Source of the DNA: Candidatus Marinacidobacterales bacterium
GTDB taxonomy: Bacteria > Acidobacteriota > Vicinamibacteria > Marinacidobacterales > DATDRI01
NCBI GenBank assembly: GCA_965226495.1
Contig: OZ245365.1
Coordinates: 5,024,001-5,088,000 of the forward strand
Length of the DNA stretch: 64,000 bases
Direction of reading: 5' to 3'
The translations under genes and the position numbers were made by a program. The notes beneath the pieces are model-generated. The model did no database searches and was not told the DNA's origin. It saw only the letters and a program-made list of their open reading frames with translations. Positions 31,166 through 40,901 of this stretch are shown one piece after another; within the stretch, counting starts at the first letter, position 1, and each line of letters starts with the position of its first letter.

Positions 31166-32773
31166 CTACATTCTAAAGACGCCGACCTTCGTTTCCTCGA
31201 GAGGAGCATTCAATACGATAGCCAGGCTCAACGCCAAGACGGTCCGAGTCGCCTTCATGTCGATGACACCGTCGTCCCAGAGCCGCGCCGATGCATAGTA
31301 GGGATGTCCTTCCTTTTCGTATTTTTCCAAGATCGGTGCGGTGATCTTTTCCGCTTCCTTCGAGCTCAGGGTTTTGCCTTGACGCTCGCGTTGATCTCGC
31401 TTGACGGTGAGCAACACTTGAGCGGCCTGCTCGCCCCCCATGACGGAGATGCGGCTACCCGGCCAGGTCCAGAGGAATCGGGGCTCGTAGGCGCGGCCAG
31501 CCATTCCGTAGTTTCCCGCGCCGAAGCTGCCACCCAAGATCATGGTGATCTTAGGAACCTTAGCGGTGGCAACCGCGTGGACCATCTTCGCTCCGTCCTT
31601 GGCGATACCGCCTCGCTCGTACTGAGCTCCTACCATGAAGCCGGTGATGTTCTGGAGGAAGAGAAGAGGAATCTTCTCGGCTGTACAAAGCTCGATGAAG
31701 TGCGTCACTTTGAGTGCGCTCTCGCTGAACAGGACTCCGTTGTTAGCGATGATCCCGCAGGGCATCCCTTCGACATGCGCGAAACCGGTCACCACCGTGG
31801 AACCGTAGCGCTCCTTGAACTCGAAGAGACGGCTGCCGTCCACGATGCGCGCAAGCACCTCGCGGATATCCACTTGGCGGTGCAAGTCCTTCGGCCAAAT
31901 CCCAAGAAGCTCTTCCGGCTCGTAGGCGGGAGACTCGGATGCCTTGAGATCCACGACCGCCTGCGATCGTTGCCCCAAGTGGAAGACGATGTCTCGCATG
32001 ATCTCGAGCGCGTGTGCATCATCCAACGCGAAATGATCGGCCACACCGCTGAGCTCTGTGTGAACGTGCGCGCCGCCGAGCTCTTCGGCGGAAACGTCTT
32101 CACCGGTGGCGGCCTTCACCAAGGGTGGACCTGCTAGAAAAATAGTTCCCGTCTTATTGACGATGACCGCCTGATCACTCATCGCCGGGACATAGGCCCC
32201 GCCGGCGGTGCACATCCCCATGACTGCTGAGAGTTGGGGAACACCGGCCGCACTCAGAACCGCTTGGTTGTAAAAGATACGTCCGAAGTGTTCTTTGTCC
32301 GGGAATACTTCCGCTTGCAGGGGAAGAAACGCTCCGCCGCTGTCGACCAAGTAAATGCAAGGTAAGCGATTCTGGAGGGCGATCTCCTGCGCTCGAAGAT
32401 GTTTTTTGACCGTGATCGGATAGTAGGTTCCGCCCTTCACCGTGGCGTCGTTCGCCACCACCATGCACTGGCGTCCGTGAACCATGCCGACGCCGACCAC
32501 GACTCCGCCCGCCGGCACCGGGTCATCGTAAACCTGGTACCCAGCCATGGCCCCGATTTCCAAGAAAGGTGCCCCTTCGTCGCACAGAGTGGCAATCCGA
32601 TCGCGGACGAACACTTTCTTCTGTTCACGGTGCCTAGCGTGGGCCTTTTCGTCACCACCTTTGCGAACCACCGCGAGCTTCTCCGCGAGGTCAGTCGATA
32701 GTGCCGCGTTGTGCTCGAGGTTCTTCTTGTACTCGTCGCTTTTCGTGCTCACCTGGCTCTTGATAAAGCCCAC
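31166..32773 (-). CDS. Acyl-CoA carboxylase carboxyltransferase subunit (MccB/LiuB-like)
   Basis: [58 protein letters not shown] end. SD AGGAGG. Confidence 0.93.
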   Translation of the reverse strand: MGFIKSQVSTKSDEYKKNLEHNAALSTDLAEKLAVVRKGGDEKAHARHREQKKVFVRDRIATLCDEGAPFLEIGAMAGYQVYDDPVPAGGVVVGVGMVHGRQCMVVANDATVKGGTYYPITVKKHLRAQEIALQNRLPCIYLVDSGGAFLPLQAEVFPDKEHFGRIFYNQAVLSAAGVPQLSAVMGMCTAGGAYVPAMSDQAVIVNKTGTIFLAGPPLVKAATGEDVSAEELGGAHVHTELSGVADHFALDDAHALEIMRDIVFHLGQRSQAVVDLKASESPAYEPEELLGIWPKDLHRQVDIREVLARIVDGSRLFEFKERYGSTVVTGFAHVEGMPCGIIANNGVLFSESALKVTHFIELCTAEKIPLLFLQNITGFMVGAQYERGGIAKDGAKMVHAVATAKVPKITMILGGSFGAGNYGMAGRAYEPRFLWTWPGSRISVMGGEQAAQVLLTVKRDQRERQGKTLSSKEAEKITAPILEKYEKEGHPYYASARLWDDGVIDMKATRTVLALSLAIVLNAPLEETKVGVFRM

Positions 32774-32843
32774 GCGTCAGGACCTCCTTTTCTGCTCAGG
32801 ATCCTACAACGTAGCACAAGAAGATGGCAGCGGTAGGCCAGGG

Positions 32844-34133
32844 CTATCGGATCGCCCGGTTGACGGCGCTCCTAAAGTCATCGTCGACTCCCGCCCGTTG
32901 ATTGGGCCACAGTTGGGCCATAAAGATCCCGATGGCCTCTCGCCTCGGATCGATCCAGAACGACGTGAAGAAGAAGCCTCCCCAGCCGAATGCGCCGACT
33001 CTATCTTTTGTCTCGATGGAGAACCCGAACCCAAACTTCCGGTCCCCGACGCTCATCTCTCCGATCTGGTTCGTGGTCATCTCCCGCACGGTCGCGGGCT
33101 TCAGCAAGCGCACACCGTCCAGCTCACCCCCGTTCAAGAGCATCTGGCAAAACCGATAGTAGTCGTCGACGGTGGAGACTAGTCCCGCCCCTCCCGAGAA
33201 GTAGGTCCGCGGACCCAGATAGTGGTAGCTGGTGGAAAAGACCAACGGACCCTCTTCGATCGGCTCCGCCGAAAGCTCGTGAAGATTTCCGTCCCGGAGC
33301 CGGTAAACGGACGCCAGCCGGGACACTTTCGCTTCGGGTAAGAAGAAATGAGTGTCTTTCATCCCCAACGGGACGAAAATCTCTTCCTCGAAGAACGTCT
33401 CCAGCGTCTTTCCCGATGCGACCTCCACCAAGTGACCCAGCACGTCCGTCGACAGGCCGTACTTCCACGCGGTCCCCGGTTCGTGAAGAAGCGGTTGCTT
33501 GGCCAGCCGTCGGATTCCCTGCCCTATGGTTCCCTCGGTCTGTACCAATCCATCGGACACTCCTGCCTCGGCATACAGTCGCGTGAGGGGCTGAACGTCC
33601 GAAAAGCCGTAGCTGATGCCCGAGGTATGCGTGAGGAGGTGCCGAACGGTGATCTCGCGCTGTGCCGGGGCGCGCTCGAGCCTTTGCGAGCCGGTCGTCG
33701 AACGAACAACGATCTCCGGGTTCTCGAAATCTGGGATGAAACGAGCGATAGAATCATCGAGTTGGAATCGACCCTCTTCGTGAAGCATCAAGACCGCCAC
33801 ACTGGTAACCGGCTTGGTCATTGAGGCGATCCGGAAGATCGTGTCCTCGCGCATCGGAACGTCGTCGTCGATGTCCCTGCGACCGGAGGCCTCGCGAAAG
33901 ACGACCCTTCCACCGACAGCGACCAAACCGACCGCTCCCAGGATGTCTCCTCGAGCGACGGCTTTCTCTAGAACCTCGCGCGCCTTGCGGAACGTGTCGC
34001 GCGTGATGACGCGAGTCGAGTGGCCGGCATCCGTAGAGGAGGGTCGCTGGCAAGCCTGACAGTAGAGACCGAAAGTGAGTGCAAGACACGCGAGAAACAC
34101 TCCGCGACCGGGCTTGAGTAGTACGGCCTTCAC
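32844..34133 (-). CDS. Serine hydrolase, beta-lactamase/class C family
   Basis: FRIASMTK (SxxK), LLTHTSG, PG..W.YG, GGAGL.ST, FGWGG. Confidence 0.92.
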   Translation of the reverse strand: MKAVLLKPGRGVFLACLALTFGLYCQACQRPSSTDAGHSTRVITRDTFRKAREVLEKAVARGDILGAVGLVAVGGRVVFREASGRRDIDDDVPMREDTIFRIASMTKPVTSVAVLMLHEEGRFQLDDSIARFIPDFENPEIVVRSTTGSQRLERAPAQREITVRHLLTHTSGISYGFSDVQPLTRLYAEAGVSDGLVQTEGTIGQGIRRLAKQPLLHEPGTAWKYGLSTDVLGHLVEVASGKTLETFFEEEIFVPLGMKDTHFFLPEAKVSRLASVYRLRDGNLHELSAEPIEEGPLVFSTSYHYLGPRTYFSGGAGLVSTVDDYYRFCQMLLNGGELDGVRLLKPATVREMTTNQIGEMSVGDRKFGFGFSIETKDRVGAFGWGGFFFTSFWIDPRREAIGIFMAQLWPNQRAGVDDDFRSAVNRAIR

Positions 34134-34177
34134 CTCGCGCGCTACCCTTTATTGAACGCCTGAACGCCTGGGATTAG

Positions 34178-36040
34178 TCAAGCTGCAGGATAGGAGCCCA
34201 GAACCTTGAGCTTCTCGGTCGAGCCGGGGAGCGAATCCAGGAGACTACGAACTCCGGGCGCTTCGACCTTCCCTTCGAAATCCATATAGAACATGTACTC
34301 CCACGGCCGACCTGGAATGGGGCGAGACTCCAGTTTGATCACATTGACTTCACACTCGGTGGCAAGCTTCAGCACTTTGAAGAGCGCTCCCGGCTCGTTG
34401 GGCGTAGTGAATACAACCGATGTCTTGTCGCACTTGTCCTGGACCTGCGGCTCCTTGGCGATCACGACGAAGCGCGTGTAGTTTTGCGGATTATCCTCGA
34501 TGGCCTCCGCGAGCACATCGACGTCATAGATTTTGGCCGCCTGGAGAGAAGCGATGGCTGCGGTATCGGTGGCACCTTCGTCGCAAATAAGCTTCACCGA
34601 CCCCGCGGTATCGTAGGTCTGGAACACGGTCCAGTCCGGGTGGTCCCGCAGAAAACGATCGCTTTGCGCGAGAGCCTGCGGATGCCCGTAGAGTTTACGG
34701 ATGTCTTGCTTGCGGACACCACGGTTCGCGAGAAGATTGTGCGAGACACGTAGCTTGATTTCACCGATGATCGCGAGATCGAACTCCAGCAACAGGTCGT
34801 AGTTCTGATTGATCGAGCCTGCCAAGGAATTCTCGATGGGAACGATCCCGAAGGCCGCTTCACCGGATTCCACCTTTTCGAACACGTCGCGAAACGCTTG
34901 GTAGCCTTTGGGCTTAATGTCCCCGAAGTAGGCGAGCGCCGCCATTTCGCTGAACGCACCGGGCTCGCCCTGATACGCGGCGTCCACTTTCGGCGTTGCG
35001 GAGGCAGACTTTCTCTTAGGATGACGCCATGACAACTCGAGCTCGCGTCCCACGACCGGCGCCATCGACTGGAGCGCCTTCAAGAGCCTGTCGAAATCGG
35101 GAAGGGTCAAGGATTGAGCGCCGTCCGAAAGCGCCTTCTCCGGCTCGGGATGCACTTCGACAAGAAGACCGTCGGCACCGGCCCCCATCGCCGCCAGCGA
35201 CATTGGTAGGACGTATCGGCGCACTCCCGTCCCATGGCTCGGATCCACGATCACCGGCAGGTGCGTCAGCTCCTTCAAGACCGGAACGGCATTGAGATCG
35301 AGCGTGTTCCGTGTCTTCGTTTCGAAGGTTCGGATGCCACGCTCGCACAAAATGACTTTCTGGTTGCGACCCACGATGTACTCGGCGCTCATGAGCCACT
35401 CGTCGATGGTAGCGGCTAAACCTCGCTTCAAGATGATCGGCTTGTCGATCTCGGCCACTGCCTTCAGAAGATCGAAGTTTTGCATATTGCGAGCGCCGAT
35501 TTGGAGTATGTCAGCGTAACGGGCAACCAAATCGACCTTATCAGCCGTCATGACTTCGGTCACCACCAACATGCCCGTGAGCTCGCGGGCCTCGGCCAAT
35601 AGTTTCAGCCCCTCTTCGCCCAAACCTTGGAATGAGTAGGGTGACGTGCGCGGTTTGAAGGCTCCACCTCGCAAGACGTTCACCCCCATTTCGGAAAGCT
35701 TGATGGCGGTGTCGAGTAGGGTCTCGCGGTTCTCGACCGCGCACGGTCCGGCCATGACGAGGAACTTGGGGCCTCCAACCAAGCAATCGCCGATCTGGAC
35801 CTGCGGCGTGAACCCGGACTCGCGAGAGGCGATTTTGTAGGGCTTCGAGACGCGAAGGACCTCTAGAACCGCGGGGTGATTCTCGAGCTCGTCTCCCGTA
35901 AACTGGATCGCCCCGATCACCGCGATCACCGAGCGCTCCGCGCCCCGGATGACCGTGGTAACGGTACCCCGAGCGTCGAGCGAATCCTGAAGATTTTTGA
36001 TCTCCCGTGGGGTTGCGTCTTGTCGTAGAACGATAATCAT
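34178..36040 (-). CDS. aroF-pheA: Fused type I-beta DAHP synthase (N-terminal regulatory domain) + prephenate dehydratase-ACT
   Basis: [38 protein letters not shown]; then [36 protein letters not shown]. Confidence 0.93.
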   Translation of the reverse strand: MIIVLRQDATPREIKNLQDSLDARGTVTTVIRGAERSVIAVIGAIQFTGDELENHPAVLEVLRVSKPYKIASRESGFTPQVQIGDCLVGGPKFLVMAGPCAVENRETLLDTAIKLSEMGVNVLRGGAFKPRTSPYSFQGLGEEGLKLLAEARELTGMLVVTEVMTADKVDLVARYADILQIGARNMQNFDLLKAVAEIDKPIILKRGLAATIDEWLMSAEYIVGRNQKVILCERGIRTFETKTRNTLDLNAVPVLKELTHLPVIVDPSHGTGVRRYVLPMSLAAMGAGADGLLVEVHPEPEKALSDGAQSLTLPDFDRLLKALQSMAPVVGRELELSWRHPKRKSASATPKVDAAYQGEPGAFSEMAALAYFGDIKPKGYQAFRDVFEKVESGEAAFGIVPIENSLAGSINQNYDLLLEFDLAIIGEIKLRVSHNLLANRGVRKQDIRKLYGHPQALAQSDRFLRDHPDWTVFQTYDTAGSVKLICDEGATDTAAIASLQAAKIYDVDVLAEAIEDNPQNYTRFVVIAKEPQVQDKCDKTSVVFTTPNEPGALFKVLKLATECEVNVIKLESRPIPGRPWEYMFYMDFEGKVEAPGVRSLLDSLPGSTEKLKVLGSYPAA

Positions 36041-36093
36041 AAATACCTACCCAAATGTTAAAACTGGTTGAGGGGAAACAGTAGAGTGCGCCG

Positions 36094-36147
36094 CTAGGCG
36101 CTAAAAAAGCGGCGAAAAATGAAGGGATGCCAGCAAGTAGACATCAT
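36094..36147 (-). CDS. Putative Phe-rich leader peptide MMSTCWHPFIFRRFFSA
   Basis: Translated by hand: 4 Phe + 1 Trp in 17 aa. Lies between the promoter and aroF-pheA; stop codon 53 nt upstream of the aroF ATG. Confidence 0.7.
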   Translation of the reverse strand: MMSTCWHPFIFRRFFSA

Positions 36148-36156
36148 AATTCGCGA

Positions 36157-36185
36157 AGTGTATCAGCCGGCGAGCTAGAGGTCAA
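36157..36185 (-). promoter_or_regulatory. Putative sigma70 promoter for leader-aroF-pheA
   Basis: TTGACC-17 nt-TACACT, 9 nt before the leader ATG. Confidence 0.65.
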
Positions 36186-36254
36186 GAAAGACGCTGTCAT
36201 CGCGCCTACTCCTTTCGAAGTCATTTCTTGCTATGCTACGCGTTCTGTATCTCT

Positions 36255-37325
36255 ATGCTCGCGCGCGCATTCCTGCTCTCTGTCATCTCGCTCGTTGGCT
36301 TCACTAGAATTGCCACCCCGCGGTCCACGCACCCGCAACCCACCCACGACGACGCCTGGCGGGCCCCTTTAGCCAACCGCAATCAATTCCCTCCGGCTCT
36401 TCTGTTCATCGCCCTCGAACCCGAAAGGGCCACCGTGTTGTCCAAAGGAGAAAGGCGCCTTTTCTTCAATTTCGACTACTCCAATATCCTGGTGCTACAA
36501 GATACAGTGAACGAAGATCTTGACCTCGATCTCGAGTCGTTAAGGGTGAACCTCCAGATCAATTACGGCCTGGGGCGAGACTTCGAGATGGCCGCCGCCT
36601 TACCCATCTACTCCATTCATGGTGGATTCCTGGACTCGTTCATCTCCTCGTACCACAACGCTTTCAACCTTCCGAACCAGGTCCGAGGCCGCGAACCGGA
36701 CAACATTCTCAGATATCGCTGGCAGATCGATGACCGGGTCATTACCGATCAAACAGAAGGCTTTGTAGCGCTCGGCGATCTGACGCTACAGGTAAAACGA
36801 GCCGTCAGGTGGAAAAAACTGAAAGAAACTGAGCTGGCTGTGAGAGCGGGCTTAAAATTGCCGACCGGCAGCCGCGATCATTTCGTCAGCAGCGGAGGGA
36901 CGGACTTCGCGTTCGGCGGTGAAGTCAGCCATCTGTGGGAACAAGTGGGCGCCTACTTCAACGTCAATTACAACATCACGTCCGATCTCGAAGAGGTCCG
37001 TTCGAGGAATTTTTTCTTCTTCATGGGAGCGGTAGACTGGCGCTTCAAACCAACGCTCGCCGCAGTGCTTCAATACGAGCAGTTTCAACGCTTCCTCGAA
37101 AGTGAGACCAAAGTGTTGGGACAATTGGCAAGGCAACTCACAATCGGAATTCGGTGGCGCCGTTCGGATCGTTTCGTCTTCGAGTGGCGTTTGGCGGAAG
37201 ACGTTTCCACCAGCGCGCCGGATTTCACCGCCGGTTTTCAAGTTACTTACAACTGGAAGCGCGCCAAGAAAACGAAGGGGATCAGTCCTTTTCCAGAAGA
37301 GCCGCCGCCAGGAGCGGAACCATGA
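36255..37325 (+). CDS. DUF3187-like outer-membrane beta-barrel protein
   Basis: Signal peptide; GGFLDSFI..YH..F.LP, LKLPTG, C-terminal ED....APDF. Confidence 0.7.
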   Translation: MLARAFLLSVISLVGFTRIATPRSTHPQPTHDDAWRAPLANRNQFPPALLFIALEPERATVLSKGERRLFFNFDYSNILVLQDTVNEDLDLDLESLRVNLQINYGLGRDFEMAAALPIYSIHGGFLDSFISSYHNAFNLPNQVRGREPDNILRYRWQIDDRVITDQTEGFVALGDLTLQVKRAVRWKKLKETELAVRAGLKLPTGSRDHFVSSGGTDFAFGGEVSHLWEQVGAYFNVNYNITSDLEEVRSRNFFFFMGAVDWRFKPTLAAVLQYEQFQRFLESETKVLGQLARQLTIGIRWRRSDRFVFEWRLAEDVSTSAPDFTAGFQVTYNWKRAKKTKGISPFPEEPPPGAEP

Positions 37326-38232
37326 TCTCGTGGTGCCCCACGAACTCATAGCCACGACCCGAGCCGGTAACCGGTCGTTCTACGACGTTCTTTCGCGGGC
37401 GATAATGGCGCAAGAAATCGAAGCTCGCGGTCGAGAAGTTCGAGAGAGGATGCCCCAGGTTTCGGACCACGCTCACCGCTTTCAGAAAAACTTCGGGCAA
37501 TACCACCGCCGAACCCAGGTTCAGATAAACACCGCCGTCATCGAGCGTCTGGACCAAAGCGGCAAGCAGCTTGAAGTCCTGCAAGCTTCCTCTCCCGATG
37601 AGGTCGCCTGAGGCCTGGGGATGCATATGAATGATGTCTGTACCTATTGCGACGTGAACGGTCACCGGAATGGACAAACGGTAACCGGCCCAGAGCAGGC
37701 TCAGATTCATGAACTGAGGCTGGTGACGTCCCACGAAAGCGCCGATCGCCTCGCCGATGCCCGCTCCCTGCGAAACACCTTCCTCGATCGCGCGATTGAG
37801 GAGCGAACCGGTCTCTTCGGCCATGCCGAAAGCGCCGGAGCCTAGCCCTTCCTCCACTTCTTCTGAGGTCTGTCCCACCAAGGCCATCTCGAAGTCGTGA
37901 ATGATGCCGGCCCCATTGAGCGCCAAACCACTCACGTAGCCTTGTTCCATCAGATGGATGATGAGAGGCGATAGACCCACTTTGATGACATGCGCGCCGG
38001 CGCCCCAGATCAACCCGCGCTTTCGATCGCGAGCCGTCTTCATGGAGCGGACGAGCTCTTTCAGATCGCGGGCGGCGAGGACTCCGGGCAGGCCGTCCCA
38101 AAACTCACGAAAGCTTTGGCCGGCTTTGGGGATCGAGCCCAAGTCATCCAACCCTACTTTGCTCTTACGCGACTTGAGCGGGTAGGTGCGGAGACCCGAT
38201 AAGTCTAGGGGATGGACGGGGTAATTCGGCAT
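37282..38232 (-). CDS. Conserved hypothetical protein, deoxyhypusine-synthase-like fold (GSU2086-type)
   Basis: R.SKV, GAHVIKVGL, NGAG.IHDFE, GQTSE.V, FGMA.ETG, GTDIIH, GSAVVLPEVFLKA, GHHE.M.P. Confidence 0.75.
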   Translation of the reverse strand: MPNYPVHPLDLSGLRTYPLKSRKSKVGLDDLGSIPKAGQSFREFWDGLPGVLAARDLKELVRSMKTARDRKRGLIWGAGAHVIKVGLSPLIIHLMEQGYVSGLALNGAGIIHDFEMALVGQTSEEVEEGLGSGAFGMAEETGSLLNRAIEEGVSQGAGIGEAIGAFVGRHQPQFMNLSLLWAGYRLSIPVTVHVAIGTDIIHMHPQASGDLIGRGSLQDFKLLAALVQTLDDGGVYLNLGSAVVLPEVFLKAVSVVRNLGHPLSNFSTASFDFLRHYRPRKNVVERPVTGSGRGYEFVGHHEIMVPLLAAALLEKD

Positions 38233-38813
38233 CAAGCGCCTCGATGAAAAAGCTCTTCCTCGATAGCCTGACAGAGCAAGTGAACGATCATCGAATGCAC
38301 TTCCTGAATTCGAGACGTTTGCTGATGGGAAACGGTGAGGCACATGTCGACTTGGTCCGACAGGGCGCCCCCGTCCCGCCCGGCAAGCCCTATGGTTTTG
38401 ATCTTCCTCTCTCGACAGGCGGCGACGGCTTCCAAGACGTTCGGCGAGGTCCCGCTGGTGCTGATGGCGAGCGCCACGTCACCCGACGCGCCAAGTGCCT
38501 CTACTTGACGGCGAAACACCATTCGGAAATCGCTATCGTTGGCCACGCTCGTCAGAATGGAAGTGTCGGTAGTCAGGGCGATGGCGGCAAGGGCCGGGCG
38601 ATCGAAACTGAACCGATTGACCAGTTCTGACGAAAAGTGCTGGGCGTCGGCGGCGCTGCCACCGTTTCCGAAGGCGAGGACTTTCTTCCCGGAGCGGAGC
38701 GCGGTGGCCATCGCCTGTCCAGCCTCGAGCACTCGTTCCCCCTCGTCCTCGAAGAACGACTGCTTGAGAGCCAGGCTCTCGCTAACGATGGATTGCAGTT
38801 CCTCCCTATTCAC
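38232..38813 (-). CDS. gmhA: D-sedoheptulose-7-phosphate isomerase
   Basis: GNGGSAADAQH, ALTTD.S, AND, ISTSG.S.N, RIQE.H. GTG start at 38813. Confidence 0.93.
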   Translation of the reverse strand: MNREELQSIVSESLALKQSFFEDEGERVLEAGQAMATALRSGKKVLAFGNGGSAADAQHFSSELVNRFSFDRPALAAIALTTDTSILTSVANDSDFRMVFRRQVEALGASGDVALAISTSGTSPNVLEAVAACRERKIKTIGLAGRDGGALSDQVDMCLTVSHQQTSRIQEVHSMIVHLLCQAIEEELFHRGA

Positions 38814-38819
38814 GGCGCG

Positions 38820-38848
38820 ATTATGAACCGGGGTACAACAGCATGCAA
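38820..38848 (-). promoter_or_regulatory. Putative internal sigma70 promoter 6 nt before gmhA GTG (leaderless)
   Basis: TTGCAT-17 nt-CATAAT overlapping the end of queA. Confidence 0.5.
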
Positions 38849-39867
38849 TCACCATAGCTATAGAAGCGATAGCGCTCCTTCACCGCTTCCCGATAGGCGC
38901 GCCGCACCGGCTCCACACCTCCGAATGCAGAGACCAATAGCAGCAAAGAGCTCTTAGGAAGGTGAAAGTTAGTCATGAGACCGTCCACCACCCGAAACTG
39001 AAATCCTGGAGTGATGAAGAGCTCCGTATTGGCGGAGCCCGCCTTTACCTCTCCAGAAGCCGAGGCCGCCGATTCGAGAGCCCGAACCGTCGTCGTCCCG
39101 ACGGCAACCACGCGCCCACCTCGAGCTCGAGCCGTTTCGACCGCGGCAACGGTTTTCTCCGGGATCGAGTAGCGCTCACGTTCCATACGATGGTCCTCGA
39201 TGGTTTCTTCGCGAATCGGCTGAAACGTCCCATACCCCACATGCAGCGTCAGCTCGGCGGTGGCGATGTCACGATTAGCGAGGGCACGAAGAAGCTCCAG
39301 CGTGAAGTGAAGCCCCGCGGTGGGAGCCGCCACCGACCCTCGCGCGCGCGCATAAACCGTTTGGTAACGTTCCCGATCTTTCTTGTTGGTCTCGCCGCGC
39401 TGGCGTTTGATGTAAGGAGGAAGCGGAGATTCGCCCACCCGGTCGAGAACCTCGTAAAGGTCTCCGTCATAAACAAGCTCAATGCTTCGTTTGCCAAGCT
39501 CCAAGACGCCCGAAACGATTGCCCGGAGCTCTCCTTTACCGAAGACGAGCCTCGTTCCGACACGCAGTTTCTTTGCGGGGCGCGCCAGGACCTGCCAAAC
39601 ATCGCTCTCGTCGGGTTGGAGCAGCAGGAGCTCGACCAAACCACCGGACTCGGTCCTACCGAGAAGCTTGGCGGGAAAGACACGGGTGTTGTTGATAACC
39701 AACAAATCCGCCGGTCGCAAGATACTGGGAAGCTTCAGAATGCGGGAGTGGCTAAGCGCGCCACTCGGTAGTTCCAAGTGAAGAAGCCTTGACTGGTCTC
39801 TTCGTTCCAGGGGCTCCTGAGCGATGAGCCCGGGGGGCAGCTCGAAATCGAACTCAGAGAGTAGCAG
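38821..39867 (-). CDS. queA: tRNA preQ1(34) S-adenosylmethionine ribosyltransferase-isomerase; apparent CTG start
   Basis: PLPPYI, RYQTVYA, SVAAPTAGLHFT, TLHVG.GTF, TNFHLP.S, YRFYSYGD. Conserved N-terminus LSEFDFELP..LIAQEP is in frame upstream of the ORF-track start. Confidence 0.95.
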   Translation of the reverse strand: MLLSEFDFELPPGLIAQEPLERRDQSRLLHLELPSGALSHSRILKLPSILRPADLLVINNTRVFPAKLLGRTESGGLVELLLLQPDESDVWQVLARPAKKLRVGTRLVFGKGELRAIVSGVLELGKRSIELVYDGDLYEVLDRVGESPLPPYIKRQRGETNKKDRERYQTVYARARGSVAAPTAGLHFTLELLRALANRDIATAELTLHVGYGTFQPIREETIEDHRMERERYSIPEKTVAAVETARARGGRVVAVGTTTVRALESAASASGEVKAGSANTELFITPGFQFRVVDGLMTNFHLPKSSLLLLVSAFGGVEPVRRAYREAVKERYRFYSYGDCMLLYPGS

Positions 39868-39869
39868 GG

Positions 39870-40883
39870 CTAGAAAAGTCGCTTTTGGGGGCTAGGGCGC
39901 TCGAGCCCGAAATGGCGGTAGGCGCGCTCGGTCGCCACGCGACCCCGCGGCGTGCGATCGAGAAAACCGATTTGCATGAGAAAGGGCTCATACATGTCTT
40001 CAATCGTGTCTCGTTCTTCACTGATGACCGCGGCAATGGTACCGAGGCCGACCGGACCACCCTCGAACTTATCGATAATGGTCATGAGGATCTTCCGATC
40101 CATCTCGTCGAACCCGTGCTCGTCGACTTCCAACAAGTTCAGCGCTTCGAGCGCCACCGACCCGGTGATTCTTCCATCCGCTTTGACCTGAGCGAAATCC
40201 CGTACTCGTCGTAGCAGGCGGTTGGCGATACGCGGCGTGCCACGGGCACGTTGTGCCAGGGCCGGCGCGGCGTCGTCATCGATTGCGACCCCGAGAATGG
40301 CAGCCGAACGCCTCACCACCGCGGTGAGCTCTTCCTCGTCATAGAAATCCAGCCGATGCACGATTCCGAAGCGAGACCTGAGCGGGGAAGTGAGGAGCCC
40401 GGCCCGAGTGGTGGCCCCGATGAGCGTGAATCGAGACACAGGGAGCTTCACGGATTTCGCCGAGGGGCCCTGGCCGATAATGATGTCCAGCCGATAGTCC
40501 TCCATGGCCGGATAGAGCACCTCTTCAATGGATGGATGCAGACGATGGACCTCGTCGATAAAAAGAACGTCCCGTGTGTCCAAGTTCGTAAGGAGTGCCA
40601 CCAGGTCACCCGACTTTTCGATGAGTGGCCCAGCGCTCGGTTTGATATTGACACCGAGCTCATTGGCGACCACGTGAGCCAGAGTGGTCTTGCCCAACCC
40701 CGGTGGGCCATAGAGCAGGAGGTGATCCATTGCTTCACCGCGCTCGCGGGCGGCTTGCACGGCAATTTGAAGTTGGTTAGTGACTTTCTTTTGCCCGATA
40801 TAGTCGGAGAAGGTCTTCGGACGAAGGCTGTTATCTAACGAGAGGTCCTCGTCGGACCTCTGGGCGGAGATCAACCGATCCAT
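39870..40883 (-). CDS. ruvB: Holliday junction branch migration helicase RuvB
   Basis: [49 protein letters not shown]. Confidence 0.97.
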   Translation of the reverse strand: MDRLISAQRSDEDLSLDNSLRPKTFSDYIGQKKVTNQLQIAVQAARERGEAMDHLLLYGPPGLGKTTLAHVVANELGVNIKPSAGPLIEKSGDLVALLTNLDTRDVLFIDEVHRLHPSIEEVLYPAMEDYRLDIIIGQGPSAKSVKLPVSRFTLIGATTRAGLLTSPLRSRFGIVHRLDFYDEEELTAVVRRSAAILGVAIDDDAAPALAQRARGTPRIANRLLRRVRDFAQVKADGRITGSVALEALNLLEVDEHGFDEMDRKILMTIIDKFEGGPVGLGTIAAVISEERDTIEDMYEPFLMQIGFLDRTPRGRVATERAYRHFGLERPSPQKRLF

Positions 40884-40901
40884 GGTTTTGCCGAGATTAA
40901 A

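Noticed and set aside
31076-32137. 353-aa plus-strand ORF, and many similar shadow ORFs (e.g. 2686-3387, 18460-19218, 38962-39771)
   Set aside because: Antisense to well-conserved genes; no motifs; expected in high-GC DNA.
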